NCBI GenBank assembly: GCA_032654565.1
Contig: JAULAX010000010.1
Span: 192,001-256,000, forward strand
From: Anaeromyxobacteraceae bacterium
GTDB lineage: Bacteria; Myxococcota; Myxococcia; Myxococcales; Anaeromyxobacteraceae
Length of the DNA: 64,000 bases
Direction of reading: 5' to 3'
The position numbers and the translations under genes are program-made. Of this stretch, positions 33,074-41,541 are shown in pieces. Below the pieces are notes generated by a model, which was not told where the DNA came from, ran no database searches, and saw nothing but the letters and a program-made list of their open reading frames with translations. Position 1 is the first letter of the stretch. Every line of letters starts with the position of its first letter.

Positions 33074-35374
33074 GTGCCCCCCACCCCGCCTCCCGGCCCG
33101 CGCCCCCGCGCCGCGCCGCTCCGGCTCCTGCTCCTCGCCCTGCTGCTGGGGCTGAGCGCCGGGACCGGCTGGCTGCTGGCCCCCCCGGGGATGGACCGGC
33201 TCCCCGGCCCCGAGGCGCTCGGGGCGCCGTCCCCCGCCACCTTCCGCGCCGACCAGGACGTCGACGTCGTCGACCTCGACGCCACCGCCCGGCGCCGGGC
33301 CGAGGCGGCCGACCAGGAGCGCCCGGTCTACGACCACGACGAGGCGGCCGACGACGAGGCGGCGGCCCGCATCCGCTCCGCCTTCTCGCTGATGCGGGAG
33401 GAGGAGGCCGCCCTCCGCCAGCAGCAGGCCGTCGCCAGCCTCGCCGAGCTGCTCCCCCGCTTCGCCGCGCAGCGCGGCGCCTTCGTGGCCCGGCTCCAGC
33501 TCCTGGTCCGCGACCCCGACTTCGCCGCGCTGGCCGCGGCCCGCTTCTCCGAGCCGGTGGAGCGCGAGCTGGCCGGGCTGGCGCGCAAGGGGCTGAGCGG
33601 GCTGGTGGTGCTGGACCAGGCGCTGCTCCCCGACGACCGGGAGGCCGGCTTCGTGGTCCGGACCGTCCGCTCGGGCCGCCTGACCGGGGAGGGGATGCTC
33701 ACCGACCTGGCGCAGGTGAGGACCGTGGCCACGGCGCGGCAGGAGGTGGCCGCGGCCGCCGGGGCCCGGCTGGCCGGCCAGCCCCCGTCGCTGCGCGCCG
33801 CCCTGCTCCACCTGGCCTCGGAGTCGGTGCACCCCACGCTGGTGCACAACCAGGGCGAGACCGAGCGGCGGCGCGCCGAGGCCGCGGCCCGGGTCAAGCC
33901 GGTGGGGGTGACGGTGCGGCGCGGCGAGCGGGTGGCCGCCGAGGGGGAGCGGCTCCAGCCCGAGCACCTGGCGGTGTTCGAGGCGCTGCGGTCGGCGCAC
34001 GCCGGGCGGGACCCGTGGCGGATCCGGCTGGCCGGGGCCCTGGCCGTGGCGCTGCTGCTGGCGGTGGCGTGGCGGCTGGCGGCGGCGGCCCGGGCCGGGG
34101 CCCGCCCGCGGGTGGGAGCCCGCGACGGCCTGCTGGCGGCGGCGCTGCTGGCCGGCGCGCTGCTGGCCGGGTTCGGGGTCAACGCCCTGGCCGGCCTGCT
34201 GCAGGACCACCTCCCCGGCCTCCCCCGGCCGCCGCTCCTCTACCTGGTGCCGGCCGCAGCGGTGGCGGTGCTGGCGCGGGAGCTGCTCGGCACCTCGGCG
34301 GCCATCCTGCTGGCGCTGGTCACCAGCCTGGTGCTCGGCCTCACCGCCGGCGCCTCGATCCCGCTGGCGCTCCACGCCGCGGTGACCTCGCTGGCCGCCC
34401 TCGGCTTCGGGGGCCGGCGGCGGGAGCCCTGGGCGCTGGTTCGCGGCGCCGCCGCCACCGGCCTCTCCGGCGCGCTGGTGGCGGTGGCCATGGCGCTGCA
34501 CGCCGGCACCCGCACCCCCGAGCTGCTGCTCTCGGCGGGCGCGGCGCTGATCGGCGGCGCCCTGCTGGCGCCGCTGGCGGTGACCCTGGCCCTGCCGCCC
34601 CTGGCCCGCCTGCTCGGCTTCGTCACCGACCGGCAGCTGCTGGCGCTCGCCAACCTCAACCACCCGGCGCTCAAGGAGCTGATCGTCCAGGCCCCCGGCA
34701 CCTACCGCCACTCCATCGTGGTCGGCGCCCTGGTGGAGGAGGCGGCGCTGGCCATCGGCGCCGACCCGCTGCTGGCCCGGGTGGGCGCCTACTACCACGA
34801 CCTCGGCAAGATCCGGACGCCGCTCCTCTTCGCCGAGAACCAGCGCGATCACAACGAGCACGACGAACTGCCGCCGCCGACCAGCGCCATCGCCATCAAG
34901 CGCCACCTCGACGACGGCCAGGAGGTGGCGCGGCGCTGGCGCCTGCCGGCCGAGATCCGCGCCTTCATCGGGCAGCACCACGGGACCCGCCTGGTCGGGT
35001 ACTTCTGGGCCAAGCAGCGGCGCCTCGCCGAGGCGGGGGGGGCGCCCGCCGACGAGAGCACCTTCCGCTATCCGGGGCCGAAGCCGCAGACCCGCGAGGT
35101 GGCGCTGGTGATGCTGGCCGACGCCTGCGAGGCCAGCGCCCAGCTGGCCGACCCGGCCGGCGCCGGGGGGCTCCGGGCCCTGGTGGACCAGCGCTTCGCC
35201 GAGATCGTCGCCGAGGGGCAACTGGACGACTGCGAGCTGACCCAGCGCGACCTGGTGCTGGCGGCGGAGGCCATGGCCCGGGCGCTCCGCTCCAACGTCC
35301 AGGCCCGGCCGGAGCGGCCGCCGCGGGCGCCCCTCGAGCCGCCCGGGGCCATCCACCTGGTGCGGACCCCGTGA
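33074..35374 (+). CDS. 7TM-HD (HDIG) phosphohydrolase, PgpH-like
   Basis: Extracellular domain, several TM helices, APGTYRHS, YYHDLGK, ENQ, QHHGT, FRYPGPKP, MLADACEA. Start uncertain. Confidence 0.88.
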   Translation: MPPTPPPGPRPRAAPLRLLLLALLLGLSAGTGWLLAPPGMDRLPGPEALGAPSPATFRADQDVDVVDLDATARRRAEAADQERPVYDHDEAADDEAAARIRSAFSLMREEEAALRQQQAVASLAELLPRFAAQRGAFVARLQLLVRDPDFAALAAARFSEPVERELAGLARKGLSGLVVLDQALLPDDREAGFVVRTVRSGRLTGEGMLTDLAQVRTVATARQEVAAAAGARLAGQPPSLRAALLHLASESVHPTLVHNQGETERRRAEAAARVKPVGVTVRRGERVAAEGERLQPEHLAVFEALRSAHAGRDPWRIRLAGALAVALLLAVAWRLAAAARAGARPRVGARDGLLAAALLAGALLAGFGVNALAGLLQDHLPGLPRPPLLYLVPAAAVAVLARELLGTSAAILLALVTSLVLGLTAGASIPLALHAAVTSLAALGFGGRRREPWALVRGAAATGLSGALVAVAMALHAGTRTPELLLSAGAALIGGALLAPLAVTLALPPLARLLGFVTDRQLLALANLNHPALKELIVQAPGTYRHSIVVGALVEEAALAIGADPLLARVGAYYHDLGKIRTPLLFAENQRDHNEHDELPPPTSAIAIKRHLDDGQEVARRWRLPAEIRAFIGQHHGTRLVGYFWAKQRRLAEAGGAPADESTFRYPGPKPQTREVALVMLADACEASAQLADPAGAGGLRALVDQRFAEIVAEGQLDDCELTQRDLVLAAEAMARALRSNVQARPERPPRAPLEPPGAIHLVRTP

Positions 35375-35925
35375 TCGAGAGCCGCAGCAGCCACCCCCGG
35401 GGCGCCGCCCAGGCCCGGCGACTGGCCGGGCGGGCCAGCCGGTACCTCCGGCTCCTGGCTCGACCCGAGGCGGGCCTCTCCATCCTGGTGGTCACCGACG
35501 GCGTCATCCGCGGCCTGAACCGGCGCTGGAGGGGGCACGACAAGGCCACCGACGTGCTCTCCTTCCCCTTCGCTGAGCCGCCCGGAGGTGGGCCGCACCT
35601 GGGCGACGTGGTAGTGTCGCTCGACACGGCCAGCCGCAGGGCCCGATCGGAGCGACGGCCGCTGGCCGCCGAGCTGGATCGGTACCTCGCCCACGGCCTC
35701 CTCCACCTGCTCGGGTTCGATCACGAGCAGCCGGGGGAGGCGAGGCGGATGGCGGCGCAGGAGGCCGCGTTGATGGGGGCCCACGGGCTGGTGGGCGAAA
35801 CCTTGAAGGAGCAGGGCACGACCGGATGGATCCCTTCGCGGACATCGACCTCGACTCGGAGTCGGTCTGGCTCGACGGCACCTGGTACGCGCGCGACCAC
35901 CTCGCGCAGCGCATCAAGGAGATGA
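35371..35925 (+). CDS. ybeY: rRNA maturation RNase YbeY
   Basis: LNRRWRG.DKATDVLSFP, LGDVVVS, HGLLHLLGFDH. GTG start overlaps the upstream stop. Confidence 0.92.
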   Translation: MIESRSSHPRGAAQARRLAGRASRYLRLLARPEAGLSILVVTDGVIRGLNRRWRGHDKATDVLSFPFAEPPGGGPHLGDVVVSLDTASRRARSERRPLAAELDRYLAHGLLHLLGFDHEQPGEARRMAAQEAALMGAHGLVGETLKEQGTTGWIPSRTSTSTRSRSGSTAPGTRATTSRSASRR

Positions 35926-36230
35926 TCGAGGCCGGCGACTTCCGGGTGGCCCGGCCGTCGCAGGCGCTGGAGCGGCTGGAGGCGGCGCTCGGGCAGGCCC
36001 AGGTGGTGAACGTGCGGATGCCGTCCGACCTGGCCGAGGCCGCCCAGTCCACCGCCGATCGCCTGGGGCGCCCGGTGGGCCACCTCATCCGCGAGGCCAT
36101 CGCCTATTACCTCGCCGCCGCGGCCGCCTACGGCGCGGCCCAGGGCCGCGCGGCGACCGAGGCCGGCGCCACGTCGGGCCAGGCCGGTGCGCCCCGGCCC
36201 GCCGAGGGCGGCGACCCCAAGCGGACCTGA
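35826..36230 (+). CDS. small hypothetical protein with a possible ribbon-helix-helix segment
   Basis: High GC3. VVNVRMPSDLAEAAQ..A.RLG.PV..LIREAI..YL resembles CopG/RHH. Confidence 0.65.
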   Translation: MDPFADIDLDSESVWLDGTWYARDHLAQRIKEMIEAGDFRVARPSQALERLEAALGQAQVVNVRMPSDLAEAAQSTADRLGRPVGHLIREAIAYYLAAAAAYGAAQGRAATEAGATSGQAGAPRPAEGGDPKRT

Positions 36231-36237
36231 GGCCCTG

Positions 36238-37893
36238 ATGCGCCGCTTCGCCCCGCTCCTCGCGGCCATCGGCTCGGGCGCCGCGGTGGCGCTGTCGCTC
36301 CCGCTGGTGGTGCCCTGGATCTCCCTGCGCGAGCTCGATCCGGCCGGCTGGGCCGGGTCGCTGGCCTGGGTGGCGCTGGTCCCGCTGCTCTGGGCGCTGG
36401 GCCGGGTGGAGACGCTCCGGGCCGCGGCCGGGCTGGGGTTCGCCGCCGGGCTGGCCTGCTTCTACTCCGCCATCCACTGGGTCAGCCATGCCATGACCGC
36501 CTTCGGCGGCCTGCCCGGCTGGGTGGCCTTCATCGGCCTCTCGGCGCTGGTGGCCTTCATGGCGGCCCACTGGGCCCTGGTGGCGGCGGTCTCCTTCGCG
36601 GTGCGGCGCGCCCTGGGCTGGCCGCTCTGGGTCCACCTCCCCTTCACCTGGACCGCGGCCGAGCTGCTGCGCAACCACCTCATCACCGGCTTCCCCTGGG
36701 CCAACCTCGGGTACACCCAGGTGCGCACCCTCCCGGTGGCGCAGCTGGCGGCGCTGGGAGGGGTCTACGCCATCGCCTGGCTGGTGGCGCTGGTGAACGC
36801 GGCGCTGGCCGAGGCGCTGGGGGCGCGCCTGGCCGGGAGGCCGCTCCCCTGGCGGCTGCTGGGCGGCGTCGGGGCGGCGCTGGCGCTGGTGGCGGCGGGC
36901 GGCGCCTGGCGGCTCCGGACGCTCCGCGCCGAGATGGCCGGCGCGCCGTCGATCGAGGTGGCGGTGGTGCAGGTCAACCTCGACCAGGGGGCCAAGAACC
37001 GGGCCCGCGACCACGTCGAGAGCGTGCTGGGCCGCCTGCTGCCGCCCACCCAGCAGGCCGACGCCGAGGGGGCCGAGCTGATCGCCTGGCCGGAGGCGGC
37101 CTTCCCGGCCTACGCCCGCCCCACCACCACCAGCTTCGCCGGCGGACGGGCCCGGTTCCCGCCGCTGCGGCAGGCCCACCTGCTGCTGGGCGCCGCCACG
37201 CTGGAGGAGCTGCGCGGCCCCGGCGGGGAGTCGCTGCTCAAGGTGGAGAACAGCACCTTCCTGGTCGGCCCCGACCTGGCGGTCAAGGGGCGCTACGTGA
37301 AGCACCACCTGGTCCCCTTCGGCGAGTACGTGCCGCTGGCCGACTGGCTCCCCTTCCTGCGCCAGGTGGTGCCGGGCATGGCGCCGTCCAGCCCGGGCGG
37401 GGCGCTCAACCTGCTCCAGTTCACCGGTCGTGACGGGGCACCGGTGCGGGTGGGCTCGATGATCTGCTTCGACGCCATCTTCCCGGAGATCGGGGTGGCC
37501 CTGGCGCGGCAGGACCCCGACCTGCTGGTCAACCCCACCAACGACGCCTGGTACGGGTACTCCTCGGGCCCCTACCAGTTCCTCGACATCGTCCGGCTGC
37601 GGGCCGTGGAGACCGGCCGCGCCATCGCCCGGCCCGCCTACTCCGGGGTGTCGGCGCTCATCCTCCCCTCCGGGGAGCTGCTCCCCGGCGCCCTGGAGAT
37701 CGGGCCGGTCGACCCGGAGCTGGCCCCGGATCCCGAGGAGCCGTCCCGGGTGCTGCGCGGGCGGCTCCCCCGGCTCCACGGCTTGACGCCGTATGCCCGG
37801 GTCGGCGATCTCTTCGCCGGCGCCTGCGCCGTCCTCTCCCTGGCGGCGCTGGCCGCCGCCTGGCGGGCCCGCCGCGCCGCCGCCTCACGCTAG
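36238..37893 (+). CDS. lnt: apolipoprotein N-acyltransferase
   Basis: GFPWANLGYTQ, WPEAA (Glu), KHHLVPFGEY.P (Lys), ICFD (Cys), NPTNDAWYG. Confidence 0.94.
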   Translation: MRRFAPLLAAIGSGAAVALSLPLVVPWISLRELDPAGWAGSLAWVALVPLLWALGRVETLRAAAGLGFAAGLACFYSAIHWVSHAMTAFGGLPGWVAFIGLSALVAFMAAHWALVAAVSFAVRRALGWPLWVHLPFTWTAAELLRNHLITGFPWANLGYTQVRTLPVAQLAALGGVYAIAWLVALVNAALAEALGARLAGRPLPWRLLGGVGAALALVAAGGAWRLRTLRAEMAGAPSIEVAVVQVNLDQGAKNRARDHVESVLGRLLPPTQQADAEGAELIAWPEAAFPAYARPTTTSFAGGRARFPPLRQAHLLLGAATLEELRGPGGESLLKVENSTFLVGPDLAVKGRYVKHHLVPFGEYVPLADWLPFLRQVVPGMAPSSPGGALNLLQFTGRDGAPVRVGSMICFDAIFPEIGVALARQDPDLLVNPTNDAWYGYSSGPYQFLDIVRLRAVETGRAIARPAYSGVSALILPSGELLPGALEIGPVDPELAPDPEEPSRVLRGRLPRLHGLTPYARVGDLFAGACAVLSLAALAAAWRARRAAASR

Positions 37894-37904
37894 GAGTCGT
37901 CCAC

Positions 37905-39024
37905 ATGGCCGCCCCCACCGCCGAGCTGCTCGCCGACCTGACCCGCCGCCTCGATGGGCTCCGGGGGTCGCTTTGACGTCGAGCGCAAGCGCCACCGGGT
38001 CGCCGAGATCGCCAAGCTCTCCGAGTCGGCCGAGTTCTGGGGTGACAACGCCAGGGCCCAGGCGCTGCTGAAGGAGAAGGCCCAGCTGGAGCAGGTGGTG
38101 GGGGCCAGCGACCGGGTGGCCCGCGCCCTCGAGGACGCCGCGGCGCTGCACCAGCTGGCCGAGGAGGCGCGGGACGAGACTGTCCGCCTGGAGGCCGCCG
38201 CCGCCGCCGCCGGCGTGGCCGGCGAGCTGGAGGGGCTGGAGTTCGAGAAGATGCTCTCCGGGCCGCACGACCGGGCCGGGGCCATCGTCGAGGTGAAGAG
38301 CGGCGCCGGTGGCGTCGAGGCCATGGACTGGGCCGCCATGCTCTACCGGATGTACGTCCGCTACTGCGAGCGCAAGGGCTGGACCATCGAGCCGGCCGAC
38401 ATGGTGGCCGGCGAGGAGGCCGGCATCAGCCAGGGCTCCTTCTTCGTGCGCGGCGAGTTCGCCTACGGCTTCCTCAAGGCCGAGAAGGGGGTGCACCGGC
38501 TGGTGCGCATCAGCCCCTTCGACCAGAACGCCCGGCGCCAGACCAGCTTCGCCGCCGTGGACGTCACCCCGGAGATCGACGACGACATCGTCATCGACAT
38601 CAAGGAGGCCGACGTCCGCATCGACACCTACCGCTCCTCGGGCGCCGGCGGCCAGAAGGTCAACAAGACCGACTCGGCGGTGCGCATCACCCACCTGGCC
38701 ACCGGCATCGTGGTGGCCATGCAGAACGAGCGCAGCCAGCAGAAGAACCGCTCCATGGCCTGGAAGATCCTGCGCTCCCGCCTCTACGAGTACGAGGAGA
38801 AGCGGCGGCAGGTGGTCCTCGACGCCGCCGAGGCCCAGAAGAAGGACATCGACTTCGGCTCGCAGATCCGCAGCTACGTGCTGCAGCCCTACCAGATGGT
38901 CAAGGACCTGCGCACCGGGGTGGAGACCGGCAAGGTCGAAGACGTCCTCGACGGCGACCTGGAGGGGCTGATCCGGCCCTGGCTGATGGGCGTGCGGCGG
39001 ACCGACCGGGCGGTGGAGGACTAG
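37905..39024 (+). CDS. prfB: peptide chain release factor 2, +1 programmed frameshift at 37971-37977
   Basis: ATG 37905 after AGGAG. Codon 23 CTT is followed by TGA C, with GGGGG SD-like element upstream. The +1 frame carries ISPFD and GAGGQ motifs. Confidence 0.97.
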
Positions 39025-39078
39025 GAGCTCCCCAGCCCGGCTGGCCCGGCCACTCCGTGACCGGGTTCGGGCCTCCCG

Positions 39079-39972
39079 CTACCGCGGCGTGAAGACGATG
39101 GGCTGGCGGGCCTGGGTGAAGCGGTCGATGCTCTCGATGGCCCAGCCGGGCAGGCCGAAGAGCTTGACGCCGCAGCCGGGCGGCTGCCGGCCGGTGGTGG
39201 CGCTCTTCTCGCGGATGAAGGCCACCTCGCCGTCGAGGTCGACCTTGCGGCCGTCGGCCAGCCCCAGGCGCACCTGCAGGCGGGTGCCCAGGGTCGGGGG
39301 GAGGGCGGTGGCGATGAAGACCCCGCCGGAGTCGATGCGGCGGGTGGGGCCCACGTAGAAGTTGTGCTCCGACACCAGCGAGACGTTGACCTCGACCCGG
39401 GTCGGCTGCGGCCGCGACTTGGGCTCGTCGACCAGCTCCTCGTCGATGAGGGCCATCAGGTCGATGGTCGGCACCGGGGTGTTGCGGACCGGCTGCGGCG
39501 ATCCGGACTCGGAGAGCGCCACCGGGTCGAAGGGCGGACCCGGGGGCGGGGGCGGGCGGGGCGGGGTGGCCGCCTGGCCGACCAGGCCGCCGCCCACGGC
39601 GCGCTCCACCACCAGCAGCGGGCGCGCCATCACCTCGGCGCGGGAGAAGGCCCGCTCGGCCCCGGCCACCGCGGCCAGCGGCTCCACCAGGTCGCGCGAC
39701 GGGCCGACCATGACGATGCGGACGCCGACCCGGGCGGCGCCGGCCGCCGCGGTCAGGGCGGTGCCCCAGGTCGAGTCCGGCGAGGAGGGGAGCACCAGCA
39801 CCACGGCGTGGGGGGCCACCACCCGCATGAAGGGCTCCAGGTCGGCGGGACCCGGCAGGCAATAGACCGCGAAGCCCGCACGCTCGAGGTGCAGGTGAAG
39901 CGCGGTCGAGACGTCGGCGTCCGAGCCCACGACCAGGACGCGCGACGCCACCGGGGCGCCGGCGGGGCTCAC
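39079..39972 (-). CDS. pseudo-receiver + Pro-rich linker + PilZ-like (TIGR02266-like) protein
   Basis: RVLVVG N-terminus lacks the acidic pocket. C-terminal SEHNFY.G....I.SGGVFIAT...G.V..R......PGCGV. Confidence 0.7.
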   Translation of the reverse strand: MSPAGAPVASRVLVVGSDADVSTALHLHLERAGFAVYCLPGPADLEPFMRVVAPHAVVLVLPSSPDSTWGTALTAAAGAARVGVRIVMVGPSRDLVEPLAAVAGAERAFSRAEVMARPLLVVERAVGGGLVGQAATPPRPPPPPGPPFDPVALSESGSPQPVRNTPVPTIDLMALIDEELVDEPKSRPQPTRVEVNVSLVSEHNFYVGPTRRIDSGGVFIATALPPTLGTRLQVRLGLADGRKVDLDGEVAFIREKSATTGRQPPGCGVKLFGLPGWAIESIDRFTQARQPIVFTPR

Positions 39973-41081
39973 GCGGTGCGGCCTCCAGTCTCCATCATGA
40001 TGCGGCGCTCCAGGTCGGCGCGGTTGGTGGCGTTGCCGAGCGCGGTGTCGAGGGAGATCTTCTTGGCCTCGTGCAGGCGGTAGAGGTACTGGTCGAAGGA
40101 GTGCATCCCCAGGTCGGTGCCGGCGCCCTCCATGTAGGCCCGCAGCTCGTCGACCTTGGAGCCGTTGCGGATCAGCTCGCGCACCGTGGACGTGGAGAGC
40201 AGCGCCTCGACCGCGGGGATGAGCCCGGAGGCGTCGGCCCGCATCAGCAGGCGCAGCGCCACCACCGCCTGCAGGTTGTCGGCGAGCCGGGCCCGCACCG
40301 TCTCGTGCTCGTCGGAGGGGAAGAGCCCCACCAGCCGGCCGATGGCGCGCGGCACGTCGGGGGTGTGCAGCGAGGTGATGACCAGGTGGCCGGTCTCGGC
40401 GGCCTTCAGGCAGATGTCGGCCGACTCCCGATCGCGCAGCTCGCCCACCATGATGATGTCCGGGTCCTGGCGGAGCGCGGCGCGGAGCGCGTCGGAGTAG
40501 CTGGCGGTGTCCGAGCCGACCTCGCGCTGGATGGCCAGCCCCTTGCCGCCGGGGAAGATGAACTCGATGGGGTCCTCCACCGTCACCACGTGCAGCCGCT
40601 CCTGCTGGATGATGTGGTTGATGATGGCGGCGATGGTGGTCGACTTGCCGTTGCCGGTGGCGCCGGTGACGATGACCAGGCCGCGGCGGGCCTCGGAGAT
40701 GGTCCGGATCACCGGGGGCAGGTTGAGCGGGTCGAAGTCGGGGATGGCGAAGGGGATGGTCCGCATCACCGCGCCCCAGCGGTTCCGCTGCTTGAAGATG
40801 GAGGTCCGGAACCGGGAGACCCCGGTGAGCGAGTAGCTCCGGTCCACCTCGCGGAAGTCGAGGGGGGTGTAGCCCGAGCCGGGCGCCTGGAGCACGAAGC
40901 CGGCGATGGCCTCGGTGTCGGCCTCGGTGAGCGGGGGGTACTTCGCCGCCAGCAACTCCCCGAACACCCGGTAGGTGGGGGGATAGCCGACCTCGAAGTG
41001 GACATCACTCGCCTGGCGCTTCACCGCCAGCTGCAGCAGCGAGTGGAACATTTCCTCAGTGAGGGGACCTTGACCTTCCAT
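39969..41081 (-). CDS. pilT: PilT/PilU-family type IV pilus retraction ATPase paralog
   Basis: ASDVH, GATGNGKSTT, TVEDPIE, QREVG.D, ALRQDPDIIMVGELRD, AETGHLV..SLHT, GMHSFDQ. Confidence 0.92.
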   Translation of the reverse strand: MEGQGPLTEEMFHSLLQLAVKRQASDVHFEVGYPPTYRVFGELLAAKYPPLTEADTEAIAGFVLQAPGSGYTPLDFREVDRSYSLTGVSRFRTSIFKQRNRWGAVMRTIPFAIPDFDPLNLPPVIRTISEARRGLVIVTGATGNGKSTTIAAIINHIIQQERLHVVTVEDPIEFIFPGGKGLAIQREVGSDTASYSDALRAALRQDPDIIMVGELRDRESADICLKAAETGHLVITSLHTPDVPRAIGRLVGLFPSDEHETVRARLADNLQAVVALRLLMRADASGLIPAVEALLSTSTVRELIRNGSKVDELRAYMEGAGTDLGMHSFDQYLYRLHEAKKISLDTALGNATNRADLERRIMMETGGRTA

Positions 41082-41115
41082 GGTGCCCGCAGCTTACGCG
41101 GGACCCGGCCCGCGG

Positions 41116-41150
41116 AAAAGCGAAAGGCCGCACGGTCTCCCGTTCGGCCT
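41116..41150 (-). terminator. intrinsic terminator
   Basis: Minus strand AGGCCG-A-ACGG-GAGA-CCGT-G-CGGCCT followed by TTCGCTTTT. GNRA tetraloop. Confidence 0.7.
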
Positions 41151-41199
41151 CTCCAACCCGGCGCGGACGCGCCACTTCGGACTCCCGCCAGGCCTGGGA

Positions 41200-41307
41200 T
41201 CAGGCCGGGACGGGTGGGAGGTGTGGAAGCTCCGTCCTCACTTCCACATGGACGTACGACTGGAGGTGGACCTCGCGACTCGAGCTGATGGAGTGGAGCA
41301 TCGTCAT
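41200..41307 (-). CDS. candidate 35-aa small protein (or part of an sRNA)
   Basis: MTMLHSISSSREVHLQSYVHVEVRTELPHLPPVPA*. Mostly G/C third positions. Lies between a sigma54 motif and a terminator. Confidence 0.3.
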   Translation of the reverse strand: MTMLHSISSSREVHLQSYVHVEVRTELPHLPPVPA

Positions 41308-41352
41308 CACGTGGTCGGTGAACGGCCTCCGGCGGGAACATGGGCCGATCTT

Positions 41353-41368
41353 TGCGAGCCGCGTGCCA
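41353..41368 (-). promoter_or_regulatory. sigma54 (-24/-12) promoter
   Basis: Minus strand TGGCACGCGGCTCGCA: GG-N10-GC with a perfect TGGCACG. Confidence 0.7.
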
Positions 41369-41541
41369 CGACCCCCTGTCGAAAGGGTGCCAGCAAGATC
41401 GAGGTCTTACCCGGCGTCACCGGGCCGGGAAGCGAGGACCGCGCAGGGGTCCGGGAACCACAGGGTCAAGGGAGACCCCGGCCTGGGTACCCGCGCGTTT
41501 TCGCCTCCCGCTTTTTCCCAAGCGTCCCTATGGTGTCGGCC

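Noticed and set aside
41116..41368. Pxr sRNA ortholog
   Set aside because: It shares a sigma54 promoter and hairpins, but I recognise no sequence similarity and the gene context differs. Kept only as an unnamed candidate.
41371..41395. Second sigma54 promoter (minus strand TGGCACCCTTTCGAC)
   Set aside because: It lacks GC at the -12 position.
41080..41541. Long N-terminal extension of the MoxR ORF (track start 41080)
   Set aside because: The family sequence begins at MFATVEAV (41542). The upstream part overlaps promoter and terminator signals and looks non-coding.
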